A program made the translations under genes and the position numbers. A stretch of DNA of 64,000 nt, from positions 6,695,859-6,759,858 of the forward strand of contig BFEA01000015.1 in assembly GCA_003427395.1 (NCBI GenBank), given 5' to 3'. Shown one piece after another: positions 37,991-52,455 of the stretch (its first letter is position 1; each line of letters begins with the position of its first letter). The DNA comes from Chara braunii. Its lineage: Eukaryota > Plantae > Charophyceae. A model generated the notes under the pieces. The model saw only the letters and a list, made by a program, of their open reading frames with translations, was not told the origin of the DNA and made no database searches.

Positions 37991-38282
37991 AGCCTGCACC
38001 GCAGGGGGTAGTCCTGCATAGTAGTGTGGGTTATATGCTAGAAAGCTGAATCCCTTGGACATGCAGAGGTCATGCAAAAAATGGCTATAGCAGGCATCTG
38101 GTGAAAACTGTAATGATGCTGCCAGCCTTTGCCGTGTCAGAGGCGGATTGGCGGGCCTGCCCATAAGTGCAGGCAGCAGGTCAGGTGACCGTGCAGCCCA
38201 AAAGTGCAGGCCAGATGCGGTATGCGGGTATGGTCATCTTTTTTCATGATTACCTGATTGCATTCGCGCTCTCTCTCTCTCT

Positions 38283-38313
<31 letters not shown>

Positions 38314-38373
38314 CCCACCCAGATAACCGCCGCATGCTGCCACACAACTCTAGGAACGAGAACTAACCTCCTG

Positions 38374-39485
38374 GGGCCAAGTCCCACTAGCAGCGTTGAG
38401 TTTCCTCAACGCCCGAATCTGATCGTGTTTGTGGCGATGTGCGATTTGAAACGGTTTTCACCTGTCAGCAGTAGCGAGCGCAGATCCCAGGGCTCGATCC
38501 CTAGTTCCCACCTTACCTGTGTACAGTATCTGTGTTGACCCCGAGTGTTTGAACCCGTGACCTGTGTTTTGACAGTTGTTGTTATCTGTCGTAGGTTGGT
38601 GTAGGGGTAGGGGTTCGATCTGTAGACCTGTCAGATAGGAGTCCTAGTGAGTTCTAGAAGTCGTAGCTGTAGCCTGTCCAAAGGATCAAGGTCGTAGCTG
38701 CTACAGTCCCGAAAGGCCAAGTCTACAGACTTCCGGAAGTGGCCTTTCGGAGTAGGCTCACGTTAGGCAGAGGCAAGTGGGCAAGTGGTGGAGCCAACCT
38801 CAGTGTGTTGGCAGTCCAACTGCAGTGAGGTTGCGGTCCAACCCCCTGCAGTCAGCGGTACGGTCCAGTCAGTCCCAGTGCAGTCCAGCAAGTACCATCC
38901 GGGACTGTGTGCACAATGGGCCGATGGAAATGGGCCAGACCAGCGAGCTTGAGAAATATAAATCAGGAGGCAGCGTCCAGCCATTCATTCATTCCTGCGT
39001 AAGCCATGCGGAAGCGCTGCCATAGCGACTTGTGCGAGGTGGTCTGCAGTGAGCCCAAGGACGAAGAGGGCGAGAAGGAGTTAGCCATAGCGTTAGGGTA
39101 GAAGCAGCCATAGCCGCCATAGCTGTAGGTGTGTGTGAGTGTGTGCGCAAGTGTACAGGGTGTTGCGTGTGGGGTATCCAGGGTGATCCTGTATGCGAAC
39201 AGCAGTGTCGTGGGAGTGACGAACAGAGAATTGTTCGGGCGATGTGCCGCCATAGCCATGTGAAGTGAACTTGTATCTGAGTGTGTTCTTGGTACTATAT
39301 CTTTGAGTTCTGAGTGGGCGCCTGGCGCCAGTTTGCTGCGCAACCTGTTTGCATACGTGTGAAGTGTGAATGAATGCGTGTCTGATTGCAGGTTGAGGAA
39401 ACTCAACACAATTTCTGCAGATCTCCACAAACACGATCAGATTCGGGCGTTGAGGAAACTCAACGCTGCTAGTGGGACTTGGCCC
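38374..39485. mobile_element. Young non-autonomous PIF/Harbinger-like transposon (1112 bp)
   Basis: Perfect ~61-bp TIRs GGGCCAAGTCCCACTAGCAGCGTTGAGTTTCCTCAACGCCCGAATCTGATCGTGTTTGTGG; 3-bp TSD CTG. Confidence 0.9.
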
Positions 39486-39488
39486 CTG

Positions 39489-39595
39489 CTCGTGGGACGT
39501 GGCCCCCGTTAAAAAAATGGAATGATACAGAGAAAGAAGATTAGCACGGCCCCTGCGCAAGGATGACACATAAACCGAGAGACAAATAAAAATGG
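39489..39595 (+). pseudogene. Degenerate U6 snRNA copy
   Basis: ccgttaaaaaaatggaatGATACAGAGAaagaAGATTAGCAcGGCCCCTGCGCAAGGATGACACataaaccgaga, followed by an A-rich tail. Confidence 0.88.
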
Positions 39596-39936
39596 GGGAA
39601 AGAAAAGGAGAGAGGAAAAAAAATAAAAATAAAAAAATTCGTATTGGCGCGAGGGCCCAAGATCGACGCCGGTCACGGTGAACTGATTGATGGGATCCAG
39701 ACATTGAACTCTCCCCGCCTTCTCCCATTGGGCCCCTCATTTGGCGTCACCAGGCACAAAAATATATAGATTCACAGGTCTGGAAAGGCCTACTGTAAAC
39801 TTGGCCGAGAGACATTCTGCGTATAGGTCCTAGGACCTAGGTTCGATTTCAGGCAGTAGCAAACAGCAACATACTCAGAAATTACGAGCAGCAATTTGCG
39901 GCAGGGTGCTAGTTTCTTAGCCTATGATGATGTGTG

Positions 39937-39982
<46 letters not shown>

Positions 39983-41625
39983 ACACCGTCGTATGGCCTT
40001 GATTTTCGCCCTCTCCAAGTAGTTCGGAGATTCCCCTCTTCGCCTTTCTAGCTCGGTCATGAGTGTATGTTGTGTATGCTCTTGAAGATGTTCTCATGGC
40101 TCTCTCTCTCTCCCGCCTCTTTGTTCTTTTTTCTTTTTTCTTTTCTTTGTATTAGGAAGCATGGCATACCTGGTAGTTGGGAGATGTATGCCATGTGTAG
40201 ACAGACCCAGACAGACAGACATGTATATACAGGCAGATGCAATAAACCCAAACAAATGAGAAGCTCATGAATGTTGACATACAAGTCTGACTCAGTGCAG
40301 CATTGATGTCTCCAAAAATCGTTTCTGGAACCATGCCCGATGTACATGTAGTCCCCCAATGTCTCGAACTCAGGGAGAGAGTAAGGAGAGGGGAAGAAGA
40401 GACTGAGAGGAGGAGGAGGAGGAGGAGGAGGAGGAGGAGGAGGAGAGTTTCCACAAGAATAAACGAAGCAGAAGTCCCTCCTCGGTTATCTACCTCACTC
40501 GCCACGTCATCAATACAGTTCTCAGAGAAGAGAGTGAGGAGAGAGGGAGAAGAGACTGAGAGGATGAGGAGGAGAGTTTCCACAAGAATCAACGAAGCAG
40601 AAGTCCCTCCTCGGGCATCTCCCTCACTCGCCACCCCAGCAGTACAGTTCTCCCCTGACGATCTCTGACATATACATCGAACAGGTCGCAGCAGGGCACC
40701 CATCCTCCATCCACGTCAGCTGCAATCAAGGAGGATGACGCAGATCTTCCTCTTGGAGACGAGCCGCAAATCAAACTCGACGTCACAGGTAAGTCCAGAT
40801 AAGCTTCTCCTCATCGCACGCACCAATCTCACAGTCCAGATCCTCCTCCTCCTCCTCGCCCACACTCCTACCAACGTCGAAATCAATGTGGCTATGGCCA
40901 CGTCAGTGCAATCTCCCTCAAGGCTGGCGCCCACACTCAGAATCTGCCACCAGCATAAAGCTTCAGCAGCTTTGCGTCGTCGCACCGGCAGCAAGCCAGC
41001 GCAAGGCAGAATGCACAAGGCATAATGATCTCCAAGCAGGGGCTGGATCAACTTATAGTGTTCACTCACGTTGACTAGCCTCTGGTCTCCTTGGGTCGAC
41101 GGCCCAGATCAATCGGAAGCCAATGGCCTGGATGCTGCACAGTTGCAGATTTCCCGCGTGCCCCGCTTGGACCGGATTCTTCTGGATATACCTGCTGAGA
41201 ACCAATGATGTGCATGTGCATCTGATCTACGGCCGTGGATGACCAGGGGGTTGACTTTGACTAGTGGGTGTGGATTCCCGTGCTGGGGTTGACCGTTGAC
41301 TTTCTCAAAGTCAGCTGTTCCTCGTAGGGCCTCTGAATGCTGATTCTGGCCCTGCCCTGGTACCCCTTAGCCTCAGGCCTTTGCCCAGGCTTCTCTTAGA
41401 CTTAGGGCGTGCCTTTTGACCCCTGTTTCGGGCTTTTGACCAAAAGTGGCGACCTAGAGCCCACGGCTTATGCAGATTTGAGCCGAGTTATTGCACAGAC
41501 CCAGACGGGCGGACACACCATTCAAGGCAGGCATGCGGACTGGCAGGCTCACGGATGATGAACAGACTACCGGACAGACAGGGAGGCACAGATAGGAACA
41601 GGAAGTCTGTGTGTGTATGTGTGTG

Positions 41626-41685
<60 letters not shown>

Positions 41686-42937
41686 ACATTGCGTGGCTTC
41701 TGCGACCGCGTCACAGCATACTGTGCTGAAGAGTGCGCTTATAAACAACACGGGGAAAGAGCCCGCAGCCAGGGATGCCCGTAGAAAATAATGCTTATAA
41801 AGCCCAGCTTTCAATAGTCATAAAACGAAAAACGAACCGAGCAGCGGTAAGACAAGTACAACAAGACAAACAAAATGGCAAGGCCGAGGTCAGAACACAA
41901 CACGGTACTTGGATGACGCACCGCAGCAGAGAACAAAGGGTGGAGGACAAGGCAGAGGCGGGCAGGCAGACAAACAGCACTAGGCAGAAGAATGAGGCGG
42001 CGGCAACAAGGCAACAAGGCAGACAAAACAACAACCAGCACAAAACAAACAAAGTGAAAAAAAAAAAACAAAAGATGAAAGATTGTTTCGTCGGAGTTGC
42101 ACCGACTCATCAGGAGGCTGAACCCTCGACGATCTGCGAGTATTTGATGGTTTGGGTCATGAACCCTTTGACCCTTGTTGAAGGCAGACTGTCCCCAAGA
42201 GGAACATAACAGTGGGCAGCAACCCTGTGAAGCACCAGGCAACACAGTAGAGGCAACACGGCTGCACAACGTCAAAAACGACTGCAAGGAACGACATGGC
42301 ACGCAGCGCAGCAGCCATGTAGTGAAGCACAAGGCAACATAAGCAAGGCAACAGCACTGCAGGGGACGACAGGGCGAGTGACCCAGCAGCTGGGCAACCG
42401 TGGAGCGGAGCACAAGGCACCAGCAACAAGGCAACTAACCTACAGGGCACACAAGCGTCAAGCACGGAAGGCACGGCCAACGGATGAGCAGCACGGCAGC
42501 AGAGCAGCGAAGCGTAAGGCAACACCAACAACACGGCCACACCGCACAGCGAACACATCAACCTGCAAAGAACCACACGCGAAGCAAGCAGGACAGGCAG
42601 CAAGGCAGCGGCGGAGCGCAGACGAGGACATCCACACATCCAACACGGAGCAAAGCAGCACATGACCTACTCACATCATGATTGAACCCCTCAGACTGTT
42701 GGTTCCCACCACCCAATGACCCAGGGAGTCACTCCGACGAACATCTGTCATCACCGACAGGCAACGCAGACGTCCCGAACCGAGCAGCCCCCATAAGAGT
42801 GCAGTAGGCACTCCAAACGAGGAACCCACCGACTGTTTGGCACTACTTAAGGGTGCTCAGTTGGGCACACAAAAATAACTTCAGAAAAAATCAAGGGAAA
42901 GACGGACAACAGAAGAAAGAACAACATATATAAAACT

Positions 42938-42977
<40 letters not shown>

Positions 42978-43072
42978 NNNNNNNNNNNNNNNNNNNNNNN
43001 NNNNNNNNNNNNNNNNNNNNNNNNNNNNNNNNNNNNNNNNNNNNNNNNNNNNNNNNNNNNNNNNNNNNNNNN

Positions 43073-43129
<57 letters not shown>

Positions 43130-44723
43130 TTACAGGTTTAGCAGAGCTGCAGTCTTTGTTGTGGAACTTGTGGGAGTGCCCTTACCCCTGGCTGGCGGAG
43201 TGGATATCTTGTCAGCATCTCAGTTTCAGGAAAAGCCTCCTAGCCACCCGTGTGTGTAGCGGAGGCTGCTGTTTGTCCACGTGGATGCAATCCCTTTGCT
43301 GGTGTAAGAGTCTTACACCTTTTGCGTTGTTGATGGTATGACTTCTGGCTAGCGTACAGCCACGAATGGATGATATGTCGTATGTACCGTAACTACAGTT
43401 TGTTCGGGTAGGATGGGTGGGGCAGTTTGATGCAGGCTGCAAGTGGATTATAACTTTAACCGTAACTGGAGCGCAACAGTTACTGTGGTGTGGCAGGCAG
43501 TAATGTCATCCCTGATTTGTGATAGGTTAGCTGAACTTAGCTCGCTTTCCCCTCCTCGCAGAAGGAGATACAAGTGGGGCTCCAGCTTGTAGCAACTCTG
43601 GTATTTGACATTCGCCACTGTGGGTCAACACTAGAGAGAACTGCAGGCAGGGGGTTGTTTGTGTGTGTGGGGGGGGAGAGGGGTGGAGGGGTAGGGATTG
43701 GAATATGTGGAGATGGGTGGGGGAGGGGAGCACACATGGTGGGAATGAGCTGTGGAGTTGACGGGATGTCTGTGCGGATGCTCTGTCTCAAGTTTTGCTT
43801 GTCGGCTGTCGTCCTTTCTCACCCATCAGTTCTCCTTCCCCTACCCAACCGGGGTTGATGGCTTTCGTCAGCCATCTGCTCTGAGTCCAGTGCGGACAAG
43901 CCTTGGCTGGTTGTCGAGGGCAAGCAGTGTAAATGCCCCTTAACAACTAACTCAGGGACATTTACAGAATTTTACGCTGCTCGCCATGGTCACCATGAGA
44001 GTGGAACCCCTGAAGCGTGCGTCCTCCCTCAGGGAATCGGCCGTTACTGTATCCATGCCTTGGTTGGTTGTCAACGGGTTTCCACGAGTAAGTAATTGCC
44101 GGTGGTGTTTGACGCCGTCCGTACATTGTGGATCTACACAGACTTGAGGATTGAGAGTGGGAGCAAATACCGAGGGCCAGTAGGAATAGTAGATCCACAA
44201 TGAGCAAATACCGAGGGCCAGTACATTGAGGTCACACCTGCCCTCTTCCTCTATCTTAATGCAAAGTTAACTCTCTTTACTGCTCAGAGAGGTAACTGTA
44301 GAAATGCTGTGAGAATTCGTATGTGCTAGAACTATCCTAGCGACCACCAGCCAAAGACTTCAAGATAGCTCTCTGCCAGTCTCTGGGGGTTCTCGCAAAC
44401 CATTTTGAACGCTGAACTCTTCAAGGACGTTAAGCGCCGTGCTGCCGAGCAACAGCACCAAGCAATGGTGTGTATTTTTCCCACCGCCAAGTTGAACCCA
44501 AGATAACAGAGAGCACCTCACATATGAGTGAAGGTCATGCTTTCTGATAACCTCCTCTCTGGTCAGGCATGATCAAGTGCCGCTCTTTCGGAGTTAAGGG
44601 TGTCGAATCGCACATGTGCCGACTGCAGGTGAGTATCATGTGAAAACTGATGAATTGATTACATCTGCTGCCACTTTCAATTCTGCTTGCACGATGTATT
44701 GCCTTGGAACACGAGTAAGCAAT

Positions 44724-45145
44724 CTTCCTCCTGGCTACGGAGGTGACAGCAGACAAGCTTCCTCCTGGCTATGGAGGTGACAGCAGACAAGCTTCCTCCT
44801 GGCTACGGAGGTGACAGCAGACAAGCTTCCTCCTGGCTATGGAGGTAACGGCAGACAAGTTTCCTCCTGGCTATGGAGGTGAAAGCGGACAAGCTTCCTC
44901 CTGGCTATGGAGGTGAAAGCGCACAAGCTTCCTCCTGGCTATGGAAGTAACAACAGACAAGTTTCCTCCTGGCTATGGAAGTAACAACAGACAAGTTTCC
45001 TCCTGGCTATGGAGGTGAAAGCAGACACGCTTCCTCCTGGCTATGGAGGTAACAGCAGACAAGCTTCCTCCTGGCTATGGAGGTGAAAGCAGACAAGCTT
45101 CCTCCTGGCTATGGAGGTGAAAGCAGACCTCCTGGCTATGGAGGA
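44724..45145. repeat. 34-bp minisatellite (~12 copies)
   Basis: Unit gcttcctcctggctatggaggtga(c/a)agcagacaa with an internal CCTCC..GGAGG hairpin. Confidence 0.95.
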
Positions 45146-47164
45146 AGCTGGCACGATGTATCGTCTTGCAGGTGTCTGATTTGACCTCCTGTTGGTCGGA
45201 TGGCGTGGGAGCTCAGGTGGGTAGGACGATGATTGCACGGACAGGCAAGTAGTGAGCAGAGTGCAATCGCAATCAGTACTTTTTATACCCTGCGCTGTTG
45301 GAGGCAGGTACATGGCTGCTCACACACAGGCCCTACCTGCTGGCTTCTGGTGGGAGAGCGATGGCGTGGAGCAGAGCTTAGTTTGCAGGCTACTAGGGCT
45401 GATACCAGATGTGACTGCACTGGTGATTTTCTGCGTAATATATGATCGAACTTAGTCTGTGGGCTATGGATGGTACCAGACGTGTCTGGGTACATGATGG
45501 ATGTGGTAAATAATTTCGGATGTGGTTCCAGCCAAGCCGAAGCTGGGTAGTGGCCGCAGTAAAGTTGTTGGTTTATTTTTCTATAGAAGATAGTTTTCTT
45601 TTCGTTTTTTTTGTCTTTTTTTTTGTTGGGACCTTCTCTGGTCCTTGCATGGCCGGGCCGCCCAGGAAAACAGGGTGACCCGGGCTGCCTGGCTGGCATA
45701 GCCAGACCAGGACCTAAAAATCTTACTTTTGTGTGCCTGTAAGGCTGTACCCTTGAAAGGCAGTACCTTTTCTGTGCACCATCCGACTTTTCTGCTTGTC
45801 CTCAAGACTTAGCTTTTCCACAATTACCTTGCTCCAGGTGATTCGAATCAGAACATGGTATTGTCACGTCGAGAGCAGGTTAACAGAGGCCCAAATTTTC
45901 AGAGAACTTCCTGTGCCACTTTCATGAAATTTTGCCAACATCCCAATTTTCAGAAATCTCTAGAAATTTCAGAAATTTCAGCAGAGGAAATTCCAACGCT
46001 CCAAAATTCCAAATGATACCAAATTTGGCACACGGCAACCTTGAACCAAAACAAGACCAGGTGGGAAAAGGGGAAAGAAAAATAAAAACACACGATAAAA
46101 TTTGACTCCCAAACCCTAATTTCAGTTCTGGACCCATTAGTCAGGAGCTGAAAGTGGGGGGGGTCCCCATTAACCATTTGTGCTAGGAATGGCGAGTGGA
46201 GTCTCACCCACCCCTGCGGTCCCCCGTTATAGGTTTCTCGGCCGGCTCGGGAAGGGCTGCAATTCTTTCTGTTCAATGAACTTCAATCTCTTGCTTGAGC
46301 TCAAGAGTAGAAGGGGCCTGCTTTTTTTTTTTTTTTTTTTTTTTTGGCGGTAATAAGCAATCGGACGGCCGGCCCCCAAGAGTAGAAGGGGCCTCTTCTT
46401 TTTTTTGTTTTTTTGTTTTTTGGCAACACTGATTGGGCGTGACCAGGCTGCTGACGCAAAAGGGAGTTGGAGAGACCATGAAGCAACCTTTTTTGTCTCT
46501 TTGTGTCTGTTTGTGTGGGGGTATAGTGGGGGTTGAGGGAGGGCCCGGGGAGGTAGAGTGAGGCTGAGGGGCGAAGGTGCAGGGTTAGGGGGTGGGGATG
46601 GGAATGCGCACCCCCGTCTTCCGTGACTGCGTTGGCTTCAAGTTGGCTTGGGAGGATATTCAGACATGGGAGTTAGTTGGATCATGGAATATCTGATTCC
46701 CGGGCCGGTTGTTGGGTGGCACGGCGTGAAACTTGCAGCAGCATGGTTCGTGGGAGGTTTGTCTTCCTCCCCGTGATTACGCACCTTATTAGTCAGTTGT
46801 CTGATGGCTTTTTTTTTTTTTTTTTTTTTTTTTTTCCGCTTTCCCTTCCCCGTCTTTCTGTTTTCGTGTTGTTGTGTTCATTGCTGAAGTTTTTTCCCTT
46901 TTCGGGTAAATATTAGAAGAGGATATTATGACCACAGGAATGTATGGTTTATTTAAAGGTTAAAGATTTATTTTTTTTAAACCATTACTCGGTATTTCAT
47001 GGCGTTGTGTATTCCAGGACAGTCACTCTGAACATTTCAGAATCTTGTTATGGCCCGTAGGCTCAGACGTCATACTGCCTCAATTTTCTGGTGCCTGTGG
47101 GCATTGACATCAGTCCTTTGGGACACAGTACTATACAATTATGGCGGGTTAAAGTTTTAGAACT

Positions 47165-47586
47165 TTAGACCACCAGTTCATGGCCCCAGCCAAGTCGAGA
47201 GTCGAGAGTCGTGATTGAGCCTGTGCTAAAATTTCGGAGGCTCGGGCCAAGGCCTCTGAAGGGTGGGGTTGGGGAGAAAAAAAAGTCCCGTGCCTCGGGG
47301 CGGGACCAGGCGGCGGGCGCAGCACAGAACCAAAAAAAAAAAAAATTCCGGCCCCCCCCAGGCGGGCCCTGTCCTGAGTCGCCGAACTTTTAGGAGAGGC
47401 TCGTTCATGATTCTTCAGATGTACTGGTCGTTTAAAGCACCAGTACATGCCAGCTATCCGCCGCGGGCCCCTTTCGGAGGCCGCGGACCGCCGATTCATT
47501 TTATCTACGGTGCTCGCCCTCCTAAATCTCCGGAGAGGCTCAAAACAAGTTCTCCAGTTGCCTGGGGCCATGTACTGGTGGTTTAA
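47165..47586. mobile_element. MITE-like element (~420 bp)
   Basis: Inverted termini tttagaccaccagttcatggcccc / ggggccatgtactggtggtttaag; internal palindrome of the same motif at 47419-47448. Confidence 0.55.
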
Positions 47587-47682
47587 GGGAGAGGTTTAGT
47601 CAAAATGATGATGAAACCCGTAGAAGGCCGGTTGGTCTAAACCCTAAACCGGACAGGTTATAGCCGTGATATAGGAATACTA

Positions 47683-47796
47683 CCGTCTTCACCACCCGAA
47701 TAGAACGCCCGGCCATTATCGCTGCATCTGGACTGAAAGTTGCCCCAAATGCACAGCTATAATGGCCGGGGCGGCGTTCTATTCGGGCAAAGATGG
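47683..47796. mobile_element. Tc1/pogo-like palindromic MITE with TA TSD
   Basis: TA|CCGTCTT..CCCGAATAGAACGCC...GGCGTTCTATTCGGG..AAGATGG|TA. Related copies at ~23100-23280, 47890-47980 and 48455-48545. Confidence 0.7.
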
Positions 47797-49436
47797 TAGT
47801 TAGTAGCAGAAGTAAATGTGGCTGGCAGTTTCAGTCAGATATATAGGTGGTGACTTTTTGGGTAATGGTGCAGCTGCGAGTTCCTGACAATCAGTCCAGA
47901 TGCATCGATAATGGCCAGGTATATAGCTGTGCATTTGGCGCAACTTTCAGTCCAGATGCAGCGATAATGGCGGGGTGTTTGAGGGATCTCTTGTGCTCTG
48001 AGTCATGGCTGATATGTTCTCCAGGTAGCTAGAAGCGTGCCTACAGCGCAGAGCATCCTAAGCCAGACGCCTCATCTGCAGTGGCAGTAGTTGCCCTGAC
48101 AGGCTGGCAGTGTGTGGCTTGTCTGTCTTCCTATTGTTACAGAGATCCTCTTGGCTCAAAGAAGGCAGCAGTATTCTGGACTGAGGACTCTGCATGTCAC
48201 CTCCTAATACTGACTTGACGGAACTCTGCTGTGGACTGTGTTTGCGATCACAAAGTAACTGTTGTGGACTACCTGCCGTCGTCCCCCGGACATAACGAAG
48301 CGTTACGAATGTACTAGTAGGTTGTATTCAAGCTTTTGAAAAAAAAAAAGACGATTTTTTTTCCGAATAGAACACGTACGTTTTATTCGGATAGAGAGCA
48401 ACCTATGTGTGGTATTCGTGTACGACGCATATGCGTAGTATTTGTGCTCTGCTGTCGTCACCCGAATAGAACGCACAGTCAGTATAGCTGTACTCTAGAT
48501 GCAGCGATAATGACGGTACGTCGTCCTTGGGTGGAAGATGGTCGTATCTGCAATCTGGTATTTAAAAAAAACACACACAGGGAATCATCGATTCAATCTG
48601 AAGAAGACTTAACTGTGCTTCGATAGGATGCGAGTTACTGTGAGACAGACATTGCATGGAGCCGTGGAGTCGCGTGCACACTGGACTGGTTCTGACAGTC
48701 ATCGTTCTTCTATAATATATCTGAAAACAGTGAAAAGAATGGAAATATGATGAGCAACTTCTGATATGATCGTGCGACGTGCGGTGCATTGCACTGACTC
48801 AGAGAGTCAGACTGTCAGAGGCAGTGTACACCTTCACATGGAGGTTTGTCTGGTTCTACTATAATTCTCAGAGGGGAAAGTTCGGTTGTGGCACAAACGA
48901 GTTTAGAAAGGCCAACAAAATCACACGTGGGCAACAAACTGGCCGGCTGAGGTTGAAAGGGCAACAAATGAACAAAAGCATATTTACCTGAGGGCCGAGT
49001 GTGAAAAGGCCAACAAACTGGCGCGCCGAGTTTGAAAAGGCCAACAAACTGGCGCGCTGAGTTTGGAAAGGCCAACAAACTGGAATCACACCTGAGCCAC
49101 AGCCATTTTTACCGATATTGCCGGCCCTTTTCAAACTCCGCGCCCGATTTTGTTGCCGGCGCATGTTTATTTTGCCCTTCAAAACTGAAAGCGTGGCACT
49201 GCCGGACTTGTTTCTTCTGAATAAGTACCCTTAGGGACCCCTCATAGAATCCCTGCTTGGCAGTGTTTGCAGGCTTGCCTGCTCCGTCCCTAACCCCCAC
49301 CACCCCCACCACCCTCATCTCCTCAAGCTCTCATAGAGGACAAAATACTATGGGAGCTGCCGACCAATGAGGCTGACGGGGAGGACAAGCAAACTGTGGA
49401 AAGTAGGGGAAGCCAGATTGTGCGGCGATATTCTGA

Positions 49437-49807
49437 GAGGCTCGCCGCACAGGCTGACAGGTGTCAGAAAAAAGTTTGAAAGTCGGTGGTCGACAGTTTG
49501 CCCCCCCTTCGCCACACAGGCTGTTGAGGGGCAAGGTTTTTGGTCATGGCCAGGCGGACGGGTTTCACGGAAGTTGACGGAACAGTCCCTGACAACGCAA
49601 ATTCGAACGCAATTTTTGAAAGGTCGGCGGGCCACTGTCGAATTTCCGTCACCTGCAGGCGGGAGGAAACGGTTGCTGGAGGGCGGCTGTCGAAAGGACC
49701 ATTCTGACACCTGTCGAAAGTTTTTTGAGCCGCAATTCTTCGAAAGTCTGTGTGGCGATGCAAAATTGTCGAAAACCGGGTTTTCGACAGCCTGTGTGGC
49801 GAGCCTC
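49437..49807. mobile_element. Harbinger-like MITE
   Basis: TIRs GAGGCTCGCCGCACAGGCTG / CAGCCTGTGTGGCGAGCCTC; 3-bp TSD TGA. Confidence 0.75.
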
Positions 49808-50965
49808 TGAGCCTCTGAGGAGGATAGAGGGCTACCACGGCACCTGAAATGTACTCCCTGCCGAAACAACTGACCAGCAGTGCACTTGTGACTACCCACC
49901 AGGGGGAAAACAAACCCAACAGCAACAAACAACAAACACAAAAAGAAGAACAGAAATTTAGAGAAAAAGGAAAGGAAAGAAGGAAAAAACAGCAGCAATC
50001 GGCAAAACAGCAGCAAGGGGCGCCCTGCGGTGTCCCTATGACCCGTTACGGAATGGAGCATGCTAAAAATCATTGCAGACAATGTAAAACGCTGCGCCCT
50101 GCCCAGCGTTTTTTTTTTTTTTCCGGCTGCCCAGCGTAAAACCACCAGTAGCAATTCCTAAAGTCGTGCCCGTTAATGAGCCATGATTTGAGGAAACGTA
50201 CGGGCCACAGGAGTGCCCAAATTCATCCGACTAGAAACGTTTCTACTCTATTTTTCTCCGCGGCGGATAGCTGGGCCAAGTACTGGTGCTTTAAAGGTGA
50301 CTTTGCAACAAGCCTGTTTCCACACACAGGCTAGGTCCAAGGTGGTCCCATGTACATGGGACCCAAGGCTTGCCTTTGAGGAGGGGTCCCACTTGTCTGG
50401 GTCCTGTGTTTCTGTATCATGGCTATTGAAGTTGATCCTTGTATTGAACTATGGCTGGGAACAAAGAGTCCGGGCAACTGAAACCTCTCCTCAGGTAAAC
50501 TACAGTCTCAACTAACTGGTGTGACACTGTGGTAGCACACGATGATGAAACGCTGTTGAACCTGGTCCTCATGAGAGGTTTCAGTACCTGGTCCTCTGGT
50601 GGACCAGGTACTGAGGAGAGGTTTCAGTTGGTCCTCAGTACCTGGTCCTCAGTACCTGGTCCACCAGTGGTCCAGTGTTTCAATCTCAATCAATCGGATA
50701 AGGGGCGCCATATTCCTCGGTGAAACATAATTGTGCTACTGCTGCACTGCATCGATTCAGTCTGATGAAATCATGAAACATAAATATTAAATTTGTAACC
50801 TGGAACATTATTTTTACGCTAGAATAATGTTGCGGAGTCTGAATTGAATTCCGTCGTTGCATCTTGAAGGGGCTGTGGTTTATAACCTTTGACTTTAAAT
50901 TGTTGTTTAGATATTAAGGAGAATGCTTTGTATAGCCTGAAGGGGCTGTGGTTTATAACCCTTGA

Positions 50966-52455
50966 TATCTTTGGGCAACCGCCATCTACAGCCTACCTTT
51001 CGACAACCGCCATCTAAGACCTATCTTTAGGCAGCCGCCATCTAAAACCTATCTTTGGGCAGCTGCCATCTAAATCTAAAACCTGCGTTTTGGGGAGCCG
51101 CCATATGCGTTTTACCTTTCGGCAGTGTTGGGCTCTGCACCAGATACATCCGCCACTGAGATTACCGTTACAGTTTGCTATTCCTGCCGGGGGTGCCACC
51201 ACTAGCATATTGTCGATGTCGTTCAGGTGCAGGACTNAACCCGTGCTGCAATCTAAATCTAANACCTACTTTGGGCAGCCGCCATCTANATCCAACCNTT
51301 TTNGCAGCCGCCATTTANGACCTGTTTTTGGGCAGCCGCCATCTAAAACCTATNTTTGGNCAGCCGCCATCTAAATCTAAAACCTCCNTTGGGCAGCCGC
51401 CATCGACATCCTGCCTTTCGATAGCCGCCATCTAAGACCTGTCTTTGGGCAGCCGCCATCTAAACCTACTTTTGGGCGGCCGCCATTTGCACCCTACGTT
51501 TTGACAGCCGCCATCTAAGACCTATCTTTAGGCAGCCGCCATCTAAAACCTATCTTTGGGCGGCCGCCATCTAAATCTAAATCCTGCTCTTGGGGAGCCG
51601 CCATCTGCGTTCTACCTTTCGGCAGTGCTGGGCTGTGCACCGGATACATCCGCCGCTGAAGTTACCGTTACGGAGCGACCGACTGTGCAGCACATCGCGA
51701 GGGTGCTTTCGCTAGCATATTATCGACGTCACTCATGTGCAGGACTCAACCGCTGTTGGAATTGCATAATGAACCGCAAGTGTTGTGCGTCGATTACATC
51801 CGCCACTCAGATTCCCATGACAATGTGCTAGGGCTGACTTTTGCTTCTCTTTTGACTGCTCTCTACAAAGGTGCAAACAGTGCTCCGCTGACTGAGCGAC
51901 CAACTGTTCGCACTATCTTCAGGCAGCCGCCATCTAAATCTAAAACCTATCTTCAGGCAGCCACCATCTACATCCTACCTTTTTGGCACGACCTTCGCCT
52001 TCTAAGACCTATCTTTGGGCAGCCGCCATCTAAAACCTATCTTTGGGCAGCCCCCGTCTAAAACCTATCTTTGGGCAGCCGCCATCTAAATCTAAAACCT
52101 ATCTTTGGGCAGCCGCCATCTACATCCTACCTTTTTGCCAGCCACCATCTAAGACCTATCTTTGGGCAGCCTCCATCTAAAACCTATCTTTGGGCAGCTG
52201 CCGTCTAAAACCTATCTTTGGGCACCCGCCATCTGCATCCTACCTTTCGGTAGCCGTCATCTAAGACCTGTCTAAGGCTGTCTTTGGGCAGCCGCCATCT
52301 AAACCTACTTTTAGGCGGCCGCCATCTGCACCCTACCTTTCGACAACCGCCATCTAAGACCTATCTTTAGGCAGCCGCCATCTAAAACCAATCGGCGGCC
52401 GCCATCTAAATCTAAATCCTGCTTTTGGGGAGCCGCCATCTGCGTTCTACCTTGT
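50966..52455. repeat. Three blocks of ~28-bp tandem repeats (higher-order array) upstream of the transposase
   Basis: Unit cagccgccatctaaaacctatctttggg (27-34-bp variants, more than 30 copies) in blocks ~50966-51125, 51250-51620 and 51915-52455, separated by homologous spacer modules. Confidence 0.92.

Noticed and set aside
44724-45145. 34-bp palindromic repeats as a CRISPR array
   Set aside because: No spacers; it is a simple minisatellite.
43950-45520. Possible spliced, decayed transposase exons around the 34-bp array
   Set aside because: Only weak motif hints (HGH..LP, AMDGT); no family could be supported.
50966-52455. CRISPR-like array
   Set aside because: Units are contiguous with homologous rather than unique intervening sequence; no cas genes; eukaryotic context.
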